Position numbers and translations under genes: made by a program
Notes under the pieces: model-generated
Database searches by the model: none
Seen by the model: the letters and a program-made list of their open reading frames with translations, nothing else
What the model was told of the DNA's origin: nothing
Shown here: one piece after another, positions 19,019 to 28,730 of the stretch
Position numbering within the stretch: the stretch's first letter is position 1
How the letters are laid out: each line of letters starts with the position of its first letter
Assembly: GCA_045562535.1 (NCBI GenBank)
Contig: JBJKVP010000002.1
Span: 2,814 to 66,813 of the forward strand
From: Dehalococcoidia bacterium
GTDB lineage: Bacteria; Chloroflexota; Dehalococcoidia; UBA6926
Reading direction: 5' to 3'
Length of the DNA: 64,000 bases

Positions 19019-20641
19019 ATGTCTAAATATATTTTTGTAACCGGTGGAGTGGTTAGTTCCGTAGGAAAAGGTATTACAGCCGCTTCTATAGGGCGACTTT
19101 TAAGAAGTCGTGGACTCTCCGTGTCTGTGCAAAAATTAGACCCTTATTTGAATGTTGATCCTGGCACGATGTCTCCTTATCAACATGGTGAAGTCTTTGT
19201 CACAATAGATGGCGCAGAGACAGATCTCGATTTAGGTCATTATGAGCGTTTCATTGATGTGGAATTATCTAAGGAGTCGAGTGTAACTGCTGGAGATGTT
19301 TATCAATCAGTATTAGCAAACGAACGGAGAGGGGACTATTTAGGAGGTACGATTCAGGTCGTTCCTCACGTAACCAATATGATTAAAGAGCGAGTCAAAG
19401 AAGTAGCCCTTGATTCGAAGGCTGATGTTGTTGTTGTTGAAGTTGGTGGAACCGTAGGTGATATTGAAGGGTTACCGTTTCTTGAAGCTATAAGACAGAT
19501 TAGAAATGAAGTAAATAGAGACGACGCTTTGTTTGTACACGTAACATTTTTACCATTGATTGAGGCTACAGGTGAACTTAAGACAAAACCCACTCAGCAT
19601 AGTGTTAGGGAATTAGCGCGTAGCTCAGGAATACAGCCTGACGTTATTGTGGCCCGGGCCGACCGTGATATTTCGGAAGATATCGTTGCTAAACTATCGT
19701 TGTTTTGTGACGTCGATGCACAAGCAGTGATACCACTTAAAACGGTCGATTCCATTTATAAAGTACCGCTTGTTTTAGAGGATTCCGGATTGGGGAATTA
19801 TATTGTTCAACGATTAGGATATGGGAAGAATTCACCACCTGATTTGACGGACTGGCGAGAGCTTGTGAGGAAAATCGAAGTAGATAAACCATCATTATCT
19901 GTCGCACTAGTTGGAAAATATGTTGAGCTACACGATGCTTATTTATCGGTTAAGGAAGCCTTACACCATGCGGGTCTTCATATTGGCGTAGACATTGATA
20001 TTGATTGGGTTTCAGCTGAAGATCTCGAGGAGCACGACGCTCAATCGTTGTTAGGAGACGCACAAGGAATAATAGTCCCTGGTGGATTTGGGCCGAGAGG
20101 GGTTGAAGGCATGATAAAAGCTGCTAGATATTCCCGTGAGAATGGGATCCCATATTTTGGACTTTGTTTAGGAATGCAGACAATGGTTATCGAGTACGCA
20201 AGGAATGTGCTGGGATTTGATAATGCTAATTCAACAGAATTCGATAGTGAGTCTCCGTTCCCCATAATCGATATTATGGAAGATCAAGAAAATATTAGCA
20301 GCAAAGGGGGGACGATGCGGCTTGGTAACTATCCTTGCGAATTAGTGCCAGGTACTGCAGCTCAAAAATACTATGAATCAAAAGTAGTTAATGAGCGCCA
20401 CAGGCATCGCTTTGAATTTAATAACGAATATATAGAAAAATTTAAGAAGGCCGGGCTACATCCTAGTGGGTATTACCCATTGTTGAATCTAGTCGAAATT
20501 TGTGAAGTGGAAAACCATCCTTTTATGCTTGGGACCCAATTCCATCCAGAGTTTAGGTCTAATCCCGTCGAACCTCACCCTCTTTTCACCGGTTTTGTGG
20601 GTGCGGCAACCAAAATATTACGAGGTAAAAAACAAGATTGA
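19019..20641 (+). CDS. pyrG: CTP synthase
   Basis: YIFVTGGVVSSVGKG, KTKPTQHSV, GLCLGMQ, QFHPEF motifs. Confidence 0.98.
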   Translation: MSKYIFVTGGVVSSVGKGITAASIGRLLRSRGLSVSVQKLDPYLNVDPGTMSPYQHGEVFVTIDGAETDLDLGHYERFIDVELSKESSVTAGDVYQSVLANERRGDYLGGTIQVVPHVTNMIKERVKEVALDSKADVVVVEVGGTVGDIEGLPFLEAIRQIRNEVNRDDALFVHVTFLPLIEATGELKTKPTQHSVRELARSSGIQPDVIVARADRDISEDIVAKLSLFCDVDAQAVIPLKTVDSIYKVPLVLEDSGLGNYIVQRLGYGKNSPPDLTDWRELVRKIEVDKPSLSVALVGKYVELHDAYLSVKEALHHAGLHIGVDIDIDWVSAEDLEEHDAQSLLGDAQGIIVPGGFGPRGVEGMIKAARYSRENGIPYFGLCLGMQTMVIEYARNVLGFDNANSTEFDSESPFPIIDIMEDQENISSKGGTMRLGNYPCELVPGTAAQKYYESKVVNERHRHRFEFNNEYIEKFKKAGLHPSGYYPLLNLVEICEVENHPFMLGTQFHPEFRSNPVEPHPLFTGFVGAATKILRGKKQD

Positions 20642-20729
20642 GTTTGATTTTAAGGATCAATAAAAATAACGAGTTAATTTAGTTTTATAAAATTTTTTGC
20701 TTTAGCAAACAATTCCAAGAGAGGTAACC

Positions 20730-22322
20730 ATGGTAGATCAAGAAGAAGAAGCAATAATAGAAGAGGCAACAGAAGATAGTGCTACTGGTGCTATTGAAGT
20801 GGAAAAGCCAAAAAAGAGAAGTAAAAGAGCTACTACTTCGACGAAAAATAAAGAGAGCGTTAAGAGTGAATCTCGAAAAGAGAATTCAACCCCTCGCAGG
20901 GTAAGACCGAGCGGAAGAAGAAATCTTGCCACTAGGAGGCGCCCAGCTGGAAAGAGGATGAGCACATCTCCCGGAGGTGATGCAGAAAATTCGAAAAATG
21001 AATTAAGAGAAACTGTTAAACAAAACCTACCTCCGCTTACCGACGAAAACCGTGTAATCAGTATTCCACAACTAGAGTCGCTTGGCCGTGAGCAACTTTT
21101 AGCGTTAGCCGAAGACGTGGCAACACCTCATGATGAATATGTTTCTAAAGATGAGATCGTAGGCCAACTTCTTAATATTCATGGTGACCGCGGTGGAGAA
21201 ATTATGGCAAGTGGAATGCTTGATATCGCTAATGATGGATATGGATTCTTACGTCACGGAGAAAGACGACAAAGCGCTACTGACGTCTACGTATCTCAAT
21301 CACAGATAAGAAAATTTGGTTTGAGAACGGGAGATGATGTTACGGGCCAGATTCGCCCCCCCAAAAACGGAGAAAAATATTACGGCCTTTTAAAGGTTCT
21401 ACAAGTCAACGAAAAGGATCCTGATTTAGCAAGGAGAAGGCCGTCGTTTGACAAATTAACTGCCCTTTTCCCGGATAAATTATTTGATTTAGAGCATGAT
21501 CCCAAGGCATTGGCTCCAAGACTACTGAATTTAATAGCACCTATAGGTAAAGGGCAAAGAGGCTTAATTGTTTCGCCACCAAAAGCAGGTAAAACAATAT
21601 TACTTCATCAAATTGCGGATGCCCTTACTGAGAATTATCCTGATGTACAAATCTTTGCCGCTTTGATAGGTGAACGACCAGAAGAGGTCACGGATTGGCA
21701 GAGAACCGTAAAAGGAGCTAGCGTTTATGCGTCTACTTTTGACGAACCTGTTGAAGAGCATACTCGGGTTGCGGAAATCGTGCTATCTAGAGCTAAGCGA
21801 CAAGTTGAAGAAGGAAAAGACGTTGTTATTCTTTTGGATTCAATTACGCGTCTGGCTCGGGCTTATAATTTATCTACCCCATCAAGCGGGAGAACATTAT
21901 CTGGAGGCATAGATCCTATTGCTTTGTACCCGCCGAAAAATTTCTTTGGAGCTGCCAGAAATACTGAAGAAGAAGGTACCCTGACCATAATAGCTACATG
22001 TTTAGTTGATACAGGTTCAAGGATGGATGATGTTATTTATGAAGAATTCAAAGGTACTGGCAATATGGAGGTCCACTTGGATAGAGGACTTTCAGAACGC
22101 AGAATCTACCCATCTATCGATATTCCGAGTTCGAGTACGCGTAGAGATGATCAGCTTTTTAACGAAAAAGATTATAGAGACATAGTTGTAATGAGAAGAA
22201 TGGTAGGACTTTTGGCTGAACGATCAAATGATCCTACTGAGGTCACACAGATCATATTAGATAGAATCCAGAAAACCAAAAGCAATCAAGAATTTATGTC
22301 TAGCTTAAATGATTCAAATTAA
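20730..22322 (+). CDS. rho: Transcription termination factor Rho with long charged N-terminal extension
   Basis: DGYGFLR, PPKAGKT, DSITRLARAYN, EEFKGTGNME motifs. Confidence 0.97.
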   Translation: MVDQEEEAIIEEATEDSATGAIEVEKPKKRSKRATTSTKNKESVKSESRKENSTPRRVRPSGRRNLATRRRPAGKRMSTSPGGDAENSKNELRETVKQNLPPLTDENRVISIPQLESLGREQLLALAEDVATPHDEYVSKDEIVGQLLNIHGDRGGEIMASGMLDIANDGYGFLRHGERRQSATDVYVSQSQIRKFGLRTGDDVTGQIRPPKNGEKYYGLLKVLQVNEKDPDLARRRPSFDKLTALFPDKLFDLEHDPKALAPRLLNLIAPIGKGQRGLIVSPPKAGKTILLHQIADALTENYPDVQIFAALIGERPEEVTDWQRTVKGASVYASTFDEPVEEHTRVAEIVLSRAKRQVEEGKDVVILLDSITRLARAYNLSTPSSGRTLSGGIDPIALYPPKNFFGAARNTEEEGTLTIIATCLVDTGSRMDDVIYEEFKGTGNMEVHLDRGLSERRIYPSIDIPSSSTRRDDQLFNEKDYRDIVVMRRMVGLLAERSNDPTEVTQIILDRIQKTKSNQEFMSSLNDSN

Positions 22323-22445
22323 CCTGGTTTTTCAAGTAAGTAATTCAAAAATACCCTGTTTTCCTGAAATTCTATTTTTAAACTCAGTTTTAGACCTATT
22401 TTAGGAATAAGTTCAAGATTCTAGCAGAAAAAGCAATATTTCCTA

Positions 22446-22474
22446 TTGACAACAGTTTATTGGGACTCCATAAT
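22446..22474 (+). promoter_or_regulatory. sigma70-type promoter for the S-layer-like gene (leader of about 330 nt)
   Basis: TTGACA-N17-CATAAT. Confidence 0.65.
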
Positions 22475-22692
22475 CGGGTTCGTGAGCTGCTTTCATAAAC
22501 AAAGGTGGCTCAAGAAAATCGTGTGAAAAGCACCGGTTTACTCAAATTTTCGTCGGTATTCCTAAAAATGACAGATTTAGGGGTACCAGATCTAGGTTTG
22601 GGTGTGCTATGCTTATCAATACGTTTTTCAGACGTGCAGAAGAAGAGGAGGTCCTTTCGTCAAGAAAGGCCTATTTACAGGAGGAAGCCTAT

Positions 22693-22782
22693 GCGGGATA
22701 CACAGCGATGGCAAAGCCATTGCAGGTTGACGCAAAGCTATTTGACGTCTCTCTTCTTTGAAAATAAATCTCGGGCTTCCGC
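22693..22782 (+). promoter_or_regulatory. Candidate c-di-GMP-I (GEMM-I)-like riboswitch
   Basis: GGCAAA(22710)...GACGCAAAGCTA(22729-22740) core; GCGGGA/TTCCGC closing stem; canonical GNRA loop absent. Confidence 0.35.
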
Positions 22783-22809
22783 CCAAAAACACGTAAAGGG
22801 GGCTTCATC

Positions 22810-25800
22810 GTGAAGCGAAAAGCATTAGTTCTAATTTTATCAGGGATCCTGATACTTGCTTCCCTACCTGCTGGTTTGGCAGGTGCGGCGCAAGGAACGA
22901 TGGATTATGTTAGTCCTGCCAGTACTTTTACAAAGTCTACTGGTTACGCTAACGCGAGTCAGACCGGTACGAACGTTGTCAAGTTCAGAGTTACCGACAC
23001 TGATTTAAATACTAATAAGAGTCTCGCAGGTAGTCTTTCTACCGTAAACGGTAAGACCGCGATGACTGGTAAAGGAATGATATTAGGCGCGGGTGATGGT
23101 TCAACGAACCAATTCTCCATCGCTACTGTTGTTCGACCAGTTATTCAAGGGACCGTTGGATCCGTTCAGGATCTTCAGAGTGGGACAGGTTATCTAGCAG
23201 CCATTGGTACTTCAGGAGCGTCGCTGACATTACAGCCAACGCCTGCTGATATACCATCTGGAGATACAGCAGTTGGAGCGCTCACAGTAGCTGAGTGGGA
23301 ACGCTTAGATGTGGGTTCAATAATTACTACAGCCACTGCTCAGGCACTGGCGACGCAAGCTTCGTTCTCAGGTGCTGCTAGGTTAAAGGCAACGATCGTT
23401 AACGGTATGGCAGGCGCGTTCGCTGCGAGTGCAGCAAACTCTGCTACTGCATCTACTGTTGCAGCATCGTTGGTTGTTAAGGGTACAAGTATTAACCCAG
23501 TTACCCTTGCTCAGACAGCAAACGACTCGGAAACCTTGGCGTTCTCAGGGATTGCTTCTGGTGGAACAGCCAGTATTAATACCACCAAGATATGGCTTAA
23601 TACAGGAATCACTTATGACATTAAAGCGATTACTGCTAACCCATCAGGTGGGTTCCGATTAAGAATTCAGGAGAAGAGGACAATTGTTGCTAACTTCAAC
23701 TACGGTGTCTTTAACGATACTGACAGTGGAGCTGGTACTACCGCTTCCCCATACGCGCAGACTATTAAGGCTACAAGCACTTCGAATGCTACTGGTATAG
23801 GTATCACCTTGTATGAGACTGATACTACTACTGAGAATCTATCGAAGACTTCTGGTAAAAACCAGAGGGTAGTTGCTAACTATGCCAACTGGGTCAAGGC
23901 AGACGATCCTGATTCTGGCTCAGATTCAACTACGGTTAGAAAAGACACAGCCTTAGTACTTTCTAAAGGTATCGCACTCATCGATGGTTCTTTGCTAACG
24001 TCGATTAACACTCGAAGAGTTGCTACAGGCGCTGCTTCTCACCAATTCACCAACGGTAGTACGCTCACTGAAGTTATCAGTGCGTTGAACACTGCAGATC
24101 CGGCTATTACGGATAACGCAGCAACTACTACGGTAGATGAGAGTAAGCAGATCGAAGGTAAAGATTGGGTCACCAATACGGCTGTCCCTCTAGCTTTCCG
24201 AAGTTTGGCTACTGATGGAACTCAAGCAACTGCTGCTAACTCTGCAGTTACCTGGGCTCAATTAGCCGCTGTTACTTTAGCTGTTGCAGATACTGATACA
24301 GTTACATTGACATATACAGATGCAAATGGAACTGCTGTTACTAAAACGATTACAGTCGACTTGTCTAAGCCAGTAATAACAGGTGCTTCACCTGCTAAGT
24401 CTAGTGCTACAAGTTCAACCACTCCTCAGTTGAAGGCAACTGTGTCTGATACAGGGTCTGGTTTCGACACTACAACGTTAACAAATTCAATTGTGGTCAA
24501 GTTAACTCCATCTGGAGGCAGTGAAGCTACTCCGACATACTCAGCTGTGGTTGATGCCGCTGGTGCGTATGCGATAGTTGCAGTACCTTCAGCTTTGGCT
24601 GTTACTACTGGTCACGTTTGGAACTTAACAGCTACAGATAAAGTTGGTAACAAGACTGCTACTGGTGACCTCACCTTCGCGGTCGATAACGTTAAACCAA
24701 CAGTAGTCTCCGCTGGTACTGGAATTGGTCTTAAACTGACTACAGGTAAGACTGATGAGTACGAAGAGTTTGTTTCCGCAAGCTGGATTAAAGTAACCAT
24801 GAGTGAAAACATGGATACAACAAGTTTGCAAGCAGCTGACTTCACAGTTCCAGGTTCTACCGTAAGCACAGTATTAAGTGCTAAGAAAACGAAGATACTG
24901 AGCGGTGGTAGCCTTGGAAGCTTAGGTTCAGATAATAGGCAGATTGTCTACTTGAACCTTGCCGCAGCTTTGGCAGCCGATGGCAAGCCAAAGGTTAGCG
25001 TTGCAGCAGCTATAACTGACGTTGCCGGTAATGCTTCGAAGACCGGAGCAACTACAACAGGCGCTTACGCAACACCTACTGACGGAATTAAGCCAACTTT
25101 GACTTTGACCGTTACAGATGCTGCGGGGACCGCTGCGGGAACCGACGCTAAGTCTACTGCTAAAGGTAAACTAAAAGAGAAGATTACGATCACTGTAACT
25201 TCCGATGAAGCTCTCTTGGGTGACGTACCTACTATTAAGGTAGGAACTACCGGGATTGCAACTACGAAGGTAACTACCAACTCATGGACTGCTACGTATA
25301 CTGTGGCTGCTCCAAGCAGGTTGGCAACAGTGACTGCGTCAGGTAGTGATAGTGCTAGTAACGCTGCTACTGATGCGAAGAAGAAATTCCACGTTGACGT
25401 AAACGCACCTACGATTACGTACGCTGATTCTGGTGGAACGAATACGTTTAGTGCCGGTGGCACAAGAGACGTTTCCTCCGCATCTGCAGGATTGCAGGTT
25501 GAAGAAGCTGATGTAATATTCGTACCGATCTTGGTGAACGATGTAACGCCGGATAGCTATGCAACCTCGGCGAACGACACCTTGAAGACTGCGACGTTTA
25601 CAAGTGGAACACTTAAGACAATACCTAAGTTCAGTGCTACGGCCGCTCAAGTAACGAATACACAAACCTTGACCTCTTCCGATGTTTCATCTTCGGATAA
25701 CAAGGCTCACGTATTCGCAGCTAGTGGTCTTGCTCTTGGATACTACAAGTTGGCGTTAACCTTTACGGACGCCTCTGGTAACAAGATGGCAGCTGATACT

Positions 25801-26397
25801 GCAATAGAATTCCAAGTTGTTGCACAGTCTAAGACTTCTGTTAAGACCAACCCTGGTTGGACCTTGATATCTACCCCAGGTAGAGCTCAAGATTCTAGCT
25901 TGGCAACAGTCTTTACGGGCACGACTGTTACCCAGGTCTGGGGTTACAATGCGAAGGGTTCCACATGGGAATACGCATCCTTGGCCGACGGAACTTGGAG
26001 TGGTACTTTGGACAGCATCGATGATGGTCGATCATACTTCGTGAAGAGCACAAGCTTCGATCCAGTGAAGATTTTGCTACAGAAGTTTGACCCACAACGA
26101 AGCCAGCCTCAGTATGGCATATACAAAGGATGGAACGCCGTTGGATACACCCCAGGTGGATCTGAGACTACTGTCCGAGCCGTAACATACCTATCATCCC
26201 TTGGCACGGGTGGATGGTCAGTAATCCGAACTTGGAATGCTAGCCTATCCCAATACGAGTCAGCTTGGGCTGATGGATCCTTCACAACCGGATTCACGAA
26301 TGCAACTAATACTGCATGGACCGGTTCAGCAGCAATGCTTGAGAAGGGTGTAGGTTACCTACTGTACGCGCCTAAGAATGGTGTACTAGCACCGTAA
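22810..26397 (+). CDS. Secreted S-layer-like / Ig-repeat surface protein
   Basis: Signal peptide; Thr/Ala/Ser/Gly-rich with no Cys seen; repeated D..KP...D..GN Ig-like units; C-terminal paired GWT/GWN modules; own promoter and terminator. Confidence 0.75.
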   Translation: MKRKALVLILSGILILASLPAGLAGAAQGTMDYVSPASTFTKSTGYANASQTGTNVVKFRVTDTDLNTNKSLAGSLSTVNGKTAMTGKGMILGAGDGSTNQFSIATVVRPVIQGTVGSVQDLQSGTGYLAAIGTSGASLTLQPTPADIPSGDTAVGALTVAEWERLDVGSIITTATAQALATQASFSGAARLKATIVNGMAGAFAASAANSATASTVAASLVVKGTSINPVTLAQTANDSETLAFSGIASGGTASINTTKIWLNTGITYDIKAITANPSGGFRLRIQEKRTIVANFNYGVFNDTDSGAGTTASPYAQTIKATSTSNATGIGITLYETDTTTENLSKTSGKNQRVVANYANWVKADDPDSGSDSTTVRKDTALVLSKGIALIDGSLLTSINTRRVATGAASHQFTNGSTLTEVISALNTADPAITDNAATTTVDESKQIEGKDWVTNTAVPLAFRSLATDGTQATAANSAVTWAQLAAVTLAVADTDTVTLTYTDANGTAVTKTITVDLSKPVITGASPAKSSATSSTTPQLKATVSDTGSGFDTTTLTNSIVVKLTPSGGSEATPTYSAVVDAAGAYAIVAVPSALAVTTGHVWNLTATDKVGNKTATGDLTFAVDNVKPTVVSAGTGIGLKLTTGKTDEYEEFVSASWIKVTMSENMDTTSLQAADFTVPGSTVSTVLSAKKTKILSGGSLGSLGSDNRQIVYLNLAAALAADGKPKVSVAAAITDVAGNASKTGATTTGAYATPTDGIKPTLTLTVTDAAGTAAGTDAKSTAKGKLKEKITITVTSDEALLGDVPTIKVGTTGIATTKVTTNSWTATYTVAAPSRLATVTASGSDSASNAATDAKKKFHVDVNAPTITYADSGGTNTFSAGGTRDVSSASAGLQVEEADVIFVPILVNDVTPDSYATSANDTLKTATFTSGTLKTIPKFSATAAQVTNTQTLTSSDVSSSDNKAHVFAASGLALGYYKLALTFTDASGNKMAADTAIEFQVVAQSKTSVKTNPGWTLISTPGRAQDSSLATVFTGTTVTQVWGYNAKGSTWEYASLADGTWSGTLDSIDDGRSYFVKSTSFDPVKILLQKFDPQRSQPQYGIYKGWNAVGYTPGGSETTVRAVTYLSSLGTGGWSVIRTWNASLSQYESAWADGSFTTGFTNATNTAWTGSAAMLEKGVGYLLYAPKNGVLAP

Positions 26398-26435
26398 CTA
26401 GCGTGAACATAAGGTTCCTTAAAAGGAGCTTAAAT

Positions 26436-26468
26436 AAGGGGGGCCTCTTTCGAGAGGCCTCTCTTTTT
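26436..26468 (+). terminator. Intrinsic terminator
   Basis: GGCCTCT-TTCG-AGAGGCC hairpin, extended by G-C/G-U pairs, followed by a T run. Confidence 0.85.
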
Positions 26469-26530
26469 ATGTAAAGATACCGAGATCAAATTAATCGATC
26501 GATAATGAACTAATACTTAAGGAGTGCTTT

Positions 26531-26797
26531 ATGAGTATCACGGTGATAATCGCATTGAAAGTCGAAGATTATGGGAAATTCGAAACATCTTTTGCTGAGA
26601 GAACAAGTGCACGTGTTGCTGCCGGGATAGAAGTCAAACCATACCGGGATATGGACGACGCTGGGAAAGTTGTCGTCATTGGAACTGTGCCGTCAAAGGA
26701 AGCCTTCGTCGCATTCATGACCAGTCCGGAACAACAGCAAGCAATGCAAAATGCTACGATTCAAGGCCCGCCTGATGTTACCTTTCTGGAAGGATAG
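26531..26797 (+). CDS. Small dimeric alpha-beta barrel (ABM/cyclase-like) protein
   Basis: KVEDY.KF...R..DD...V.V...F..S....AM....GPP pattern; SD AAGGAG. Confidence 0.65.
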   Translation: MSITVIIALKVEDYGKFETSFAERTSARVAAGIEVKPYRDMDDAGKVVVIGTVPSKEAFVAFMTSPEQQQAMQNATIQGPPDVTFLEG

Positions 26798-27111
26798 TAG
26801 TCTACTACTTAGTCCTTAGGTCGCGTGCGTGAGTATATGGAAAATATTGATACGTGTATACAGCTCAAAAAAATGGTGGCTCTTAAGTGGTTCTTCTGTA
26901 ATTCTCATGGTACTATCACAACTTAGTTTTCCATTATGGTTTATTGTCTAAAGTCGGGGTTGTAGTAATAAGGACTTATAAGGTTAGAAGGTATCAGTGG
27001 GTAGGCACGTGTTTTCCGCCTGTTTTAAGGACCTATCCTTCCGGTAACATGGGTAGAGCATTAGAAAGGCTGTGATTGGCCACCTGTGCAGCTCGTTTGA
27101 GCGATTATTAA

Positions 27112-27759
27112 TTAATTGATATCTAAGATTACGACCTCGGTAGTCAGGGGTTGATTATTTGGAGTGACGCTTAATGTTTTTTGGGCAGAGACTTTGTCTA
27201 CCCCCATCTCTCCCAGAAACGCTTTAAGTGATGGTACGTCTACAACTGTTATTTCTTTTTCGTCCTTCATGGCTGTCGATTTTGAAATATCGTTGTCTGC
27301 GTAGGACATTGGTACTACTAGCTTCGGCGATAGCGCTGATATTGTTTTTGCGGCATCTCCGCTGGTAAGAGTACCTTCTCCACCTACAGGGATTAAGAGT
27401 ACATTGATTTCACCCAGTTCATTGATTTCTGCGGGAGTTAGTGCTCTATTTAATTTTCCGAGGTGGCATAGGTTAACATCATCTACAGTTATTGAGTAAA
27501 TTATATTTTTTTCTCCGGTCTTAGGATCGTCTAAACGAGCTTGAAGGGCTTTTACCATTATACTTACGACCTCGTATTCGCCTGGGCGATATATGGTTTT
27601 TGTTTCCGAGGTATTTTGAATGGTAGTGTCTTCAGTCATTTCGCTGAAGGTTACAACATTGGATTTAGTATCTAATGTTGAATTGTTTGGATTTGTTTCT
27701 AAGGATCCGTTTTTGCCCTTTAAGGTGAAATGTGAGTTTCCATGAAATGCTATTTCCAT
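27112..27759 (-). CDS. MBL-fold (Lactamase_B_3-like) protein with degenerate metal motif
   Basis: PGEYEV, CHLG, LLIPVGG, PKLVVPM motifs; HxHxDH replaced by SEMTEDT. Confidence 0.75.
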   Translation of the reverse strand: MEIAFHGNSHFTLKGKNGSLETNPNNSTLDTKSNVVTFSEMTEDTTIQNTSETKTIYRPGEYEVVSIMVKALQARLDDPKTGEKNIIYSITVDDVNLCHLGKLNRALTPAEINELGEINVLLIPVGGEGTLTSGDAAKTISALSPKLVVPMSYADNDISKSTAMKDEKEITVVDVPSLKAFLGEMGVDKVSAQKTLSVTPNNQPLTTEVVILDIN

Positions 27760-27762
27760 AAG

Positions 27763-28485
27763 TTAATTTTCCTTTTTCTGTTTGATAGAGATAATTTTCC
27801 AAGCACTTGGTAGTGTTACAACTACTAAAGCAATTTTAATTAGGTCCCCTGGAATAAATGGCCATAGTCCAAAGTCCAAAGTTTTGCTTAAATCCATATT
27901 TATACCATTCGTAGATAGTACCATGTACAGCCATGGAAGACCGATTAGATAAATCGAAATATTGCCGATTATTAGTGCACTCGTAGTAGCGATAATCTTT
28001 TCAGACCACCCTTTCTCTGCAAGCTTTCCTATAATATACCCTGCTACCACGAATCCGACTATGTATCCTCCCGATGGTAGGGCAAAAAAGGAAATATCTC
28101 CCCATATGGAACCTCCAGTGAATCCAAATGAATAGGTTCCGTCCATAATTGATTTTGCAGAACCCGCAAACGCTGGCAACCCTGCGAGCCCAGCCAATAT
28201 ATAGAGCAGCAAACTTTGAATGGCCATCCTACTTCCAAGTAATGCGCCCGTGAATCCTACGGCAAGAGTTTGTAGTGTTATAGGAACAGGTGTTCCATCG
28301 ATAGGTATTCCTATAGAGGAGAAAATATTTGTATACCATGAAGGGGGAGTAAAAGAAACTTGGCTAGCTATTGCAATAAAAAATGTAAATCCTAGGGTTA
28401 GTAATATTTCTTTAGAAAGAGAGAGATTCGGGAATGAGAAATCAATGAGGGTTCTTTTAGACTGATCAGTGGCGGTTGAAGCCAT
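27763..28485 (-). CDS. bioY: Biotin transporter S-component BioY
   Basis: PVPITLQT, GLP.FAG, GGYIVGF, PFIPGDLIK motifs. Confidence 0.93.
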   Translation of the reverse strand: MASTATDQSKRTLIDFSFPNLSLSKEILLTLGFTFFIAIASQVSFTPPSWYTNIFSSIGIPIDGTPVPITLQTLAVGFTGALLGSRMAIQSLLLYILAGLAGLPAFAGSAKSIMDGTYSFGFTGGSIWGDISFFALPSGGYIVGFVVAGYIIGKLAEKGWSEKIIATTSALIIGNISIYLIGLPWLYMVLSTNGINMDLSKTLDFGLWPFIPGDLIKIALVVVTLPSAWKIISIKQKKEN

Positions 28486-28622
28486 AAGTAGCGCTCCTAA
28501 TTTATATGGTATTGTAACTTTAACAATTCCCTTGATGTACAGTCAATTAAGATTATTTATATTTAGAGTCTTATAAATTATAGGTAAATTTAATCATCCA
28601 ATGGCTATCAAATCAACCATTA

Positions 28623-28649
28623 TTAGCAATCAACTATTGAGACTGCTAA
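28623..28649. promoter_or_regulatory. CIRCE operator 1 (HrcA site)
   Basis: TTAGCAATC-N9-GACTGCTAA. Confidence 0.85.
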
Positions 28650-28666
28650 TATCTAACTGATTTTGC

Positions 28667-28695
28667 TTGACACCATTTGCCCGCAGGAGTAGGAT
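28667..28695 (+). promoter_or_regulatory. Promoter of the hrcA-dnaK operon
   Basis: TTGACA-N17-TAGGAT between the two CIRCE boxes. Confidence 0.7.
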
Positions 28696-28702
28696 CGGGA
28701 TA

Positions 28703-28729
28703 TTAGCAGTCAGTTGCGAAGACTGCTAG
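28703..28729. promoter_or_regulatory. CIRCE operator 2 (HrcA site)
   Basis: TTAGCAGTC-N9-GACTGCTAG. Confidence 0.85.
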
Positions 28730-28730
28730 T

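Noticed and set aside
22505-22813. 102-aa ORF upstream of the S-layer-like gene
   Set aside because: No SD or recognisable motif; better explained as a structured 5' leader, though a leader peptide cannot be fully excluded.
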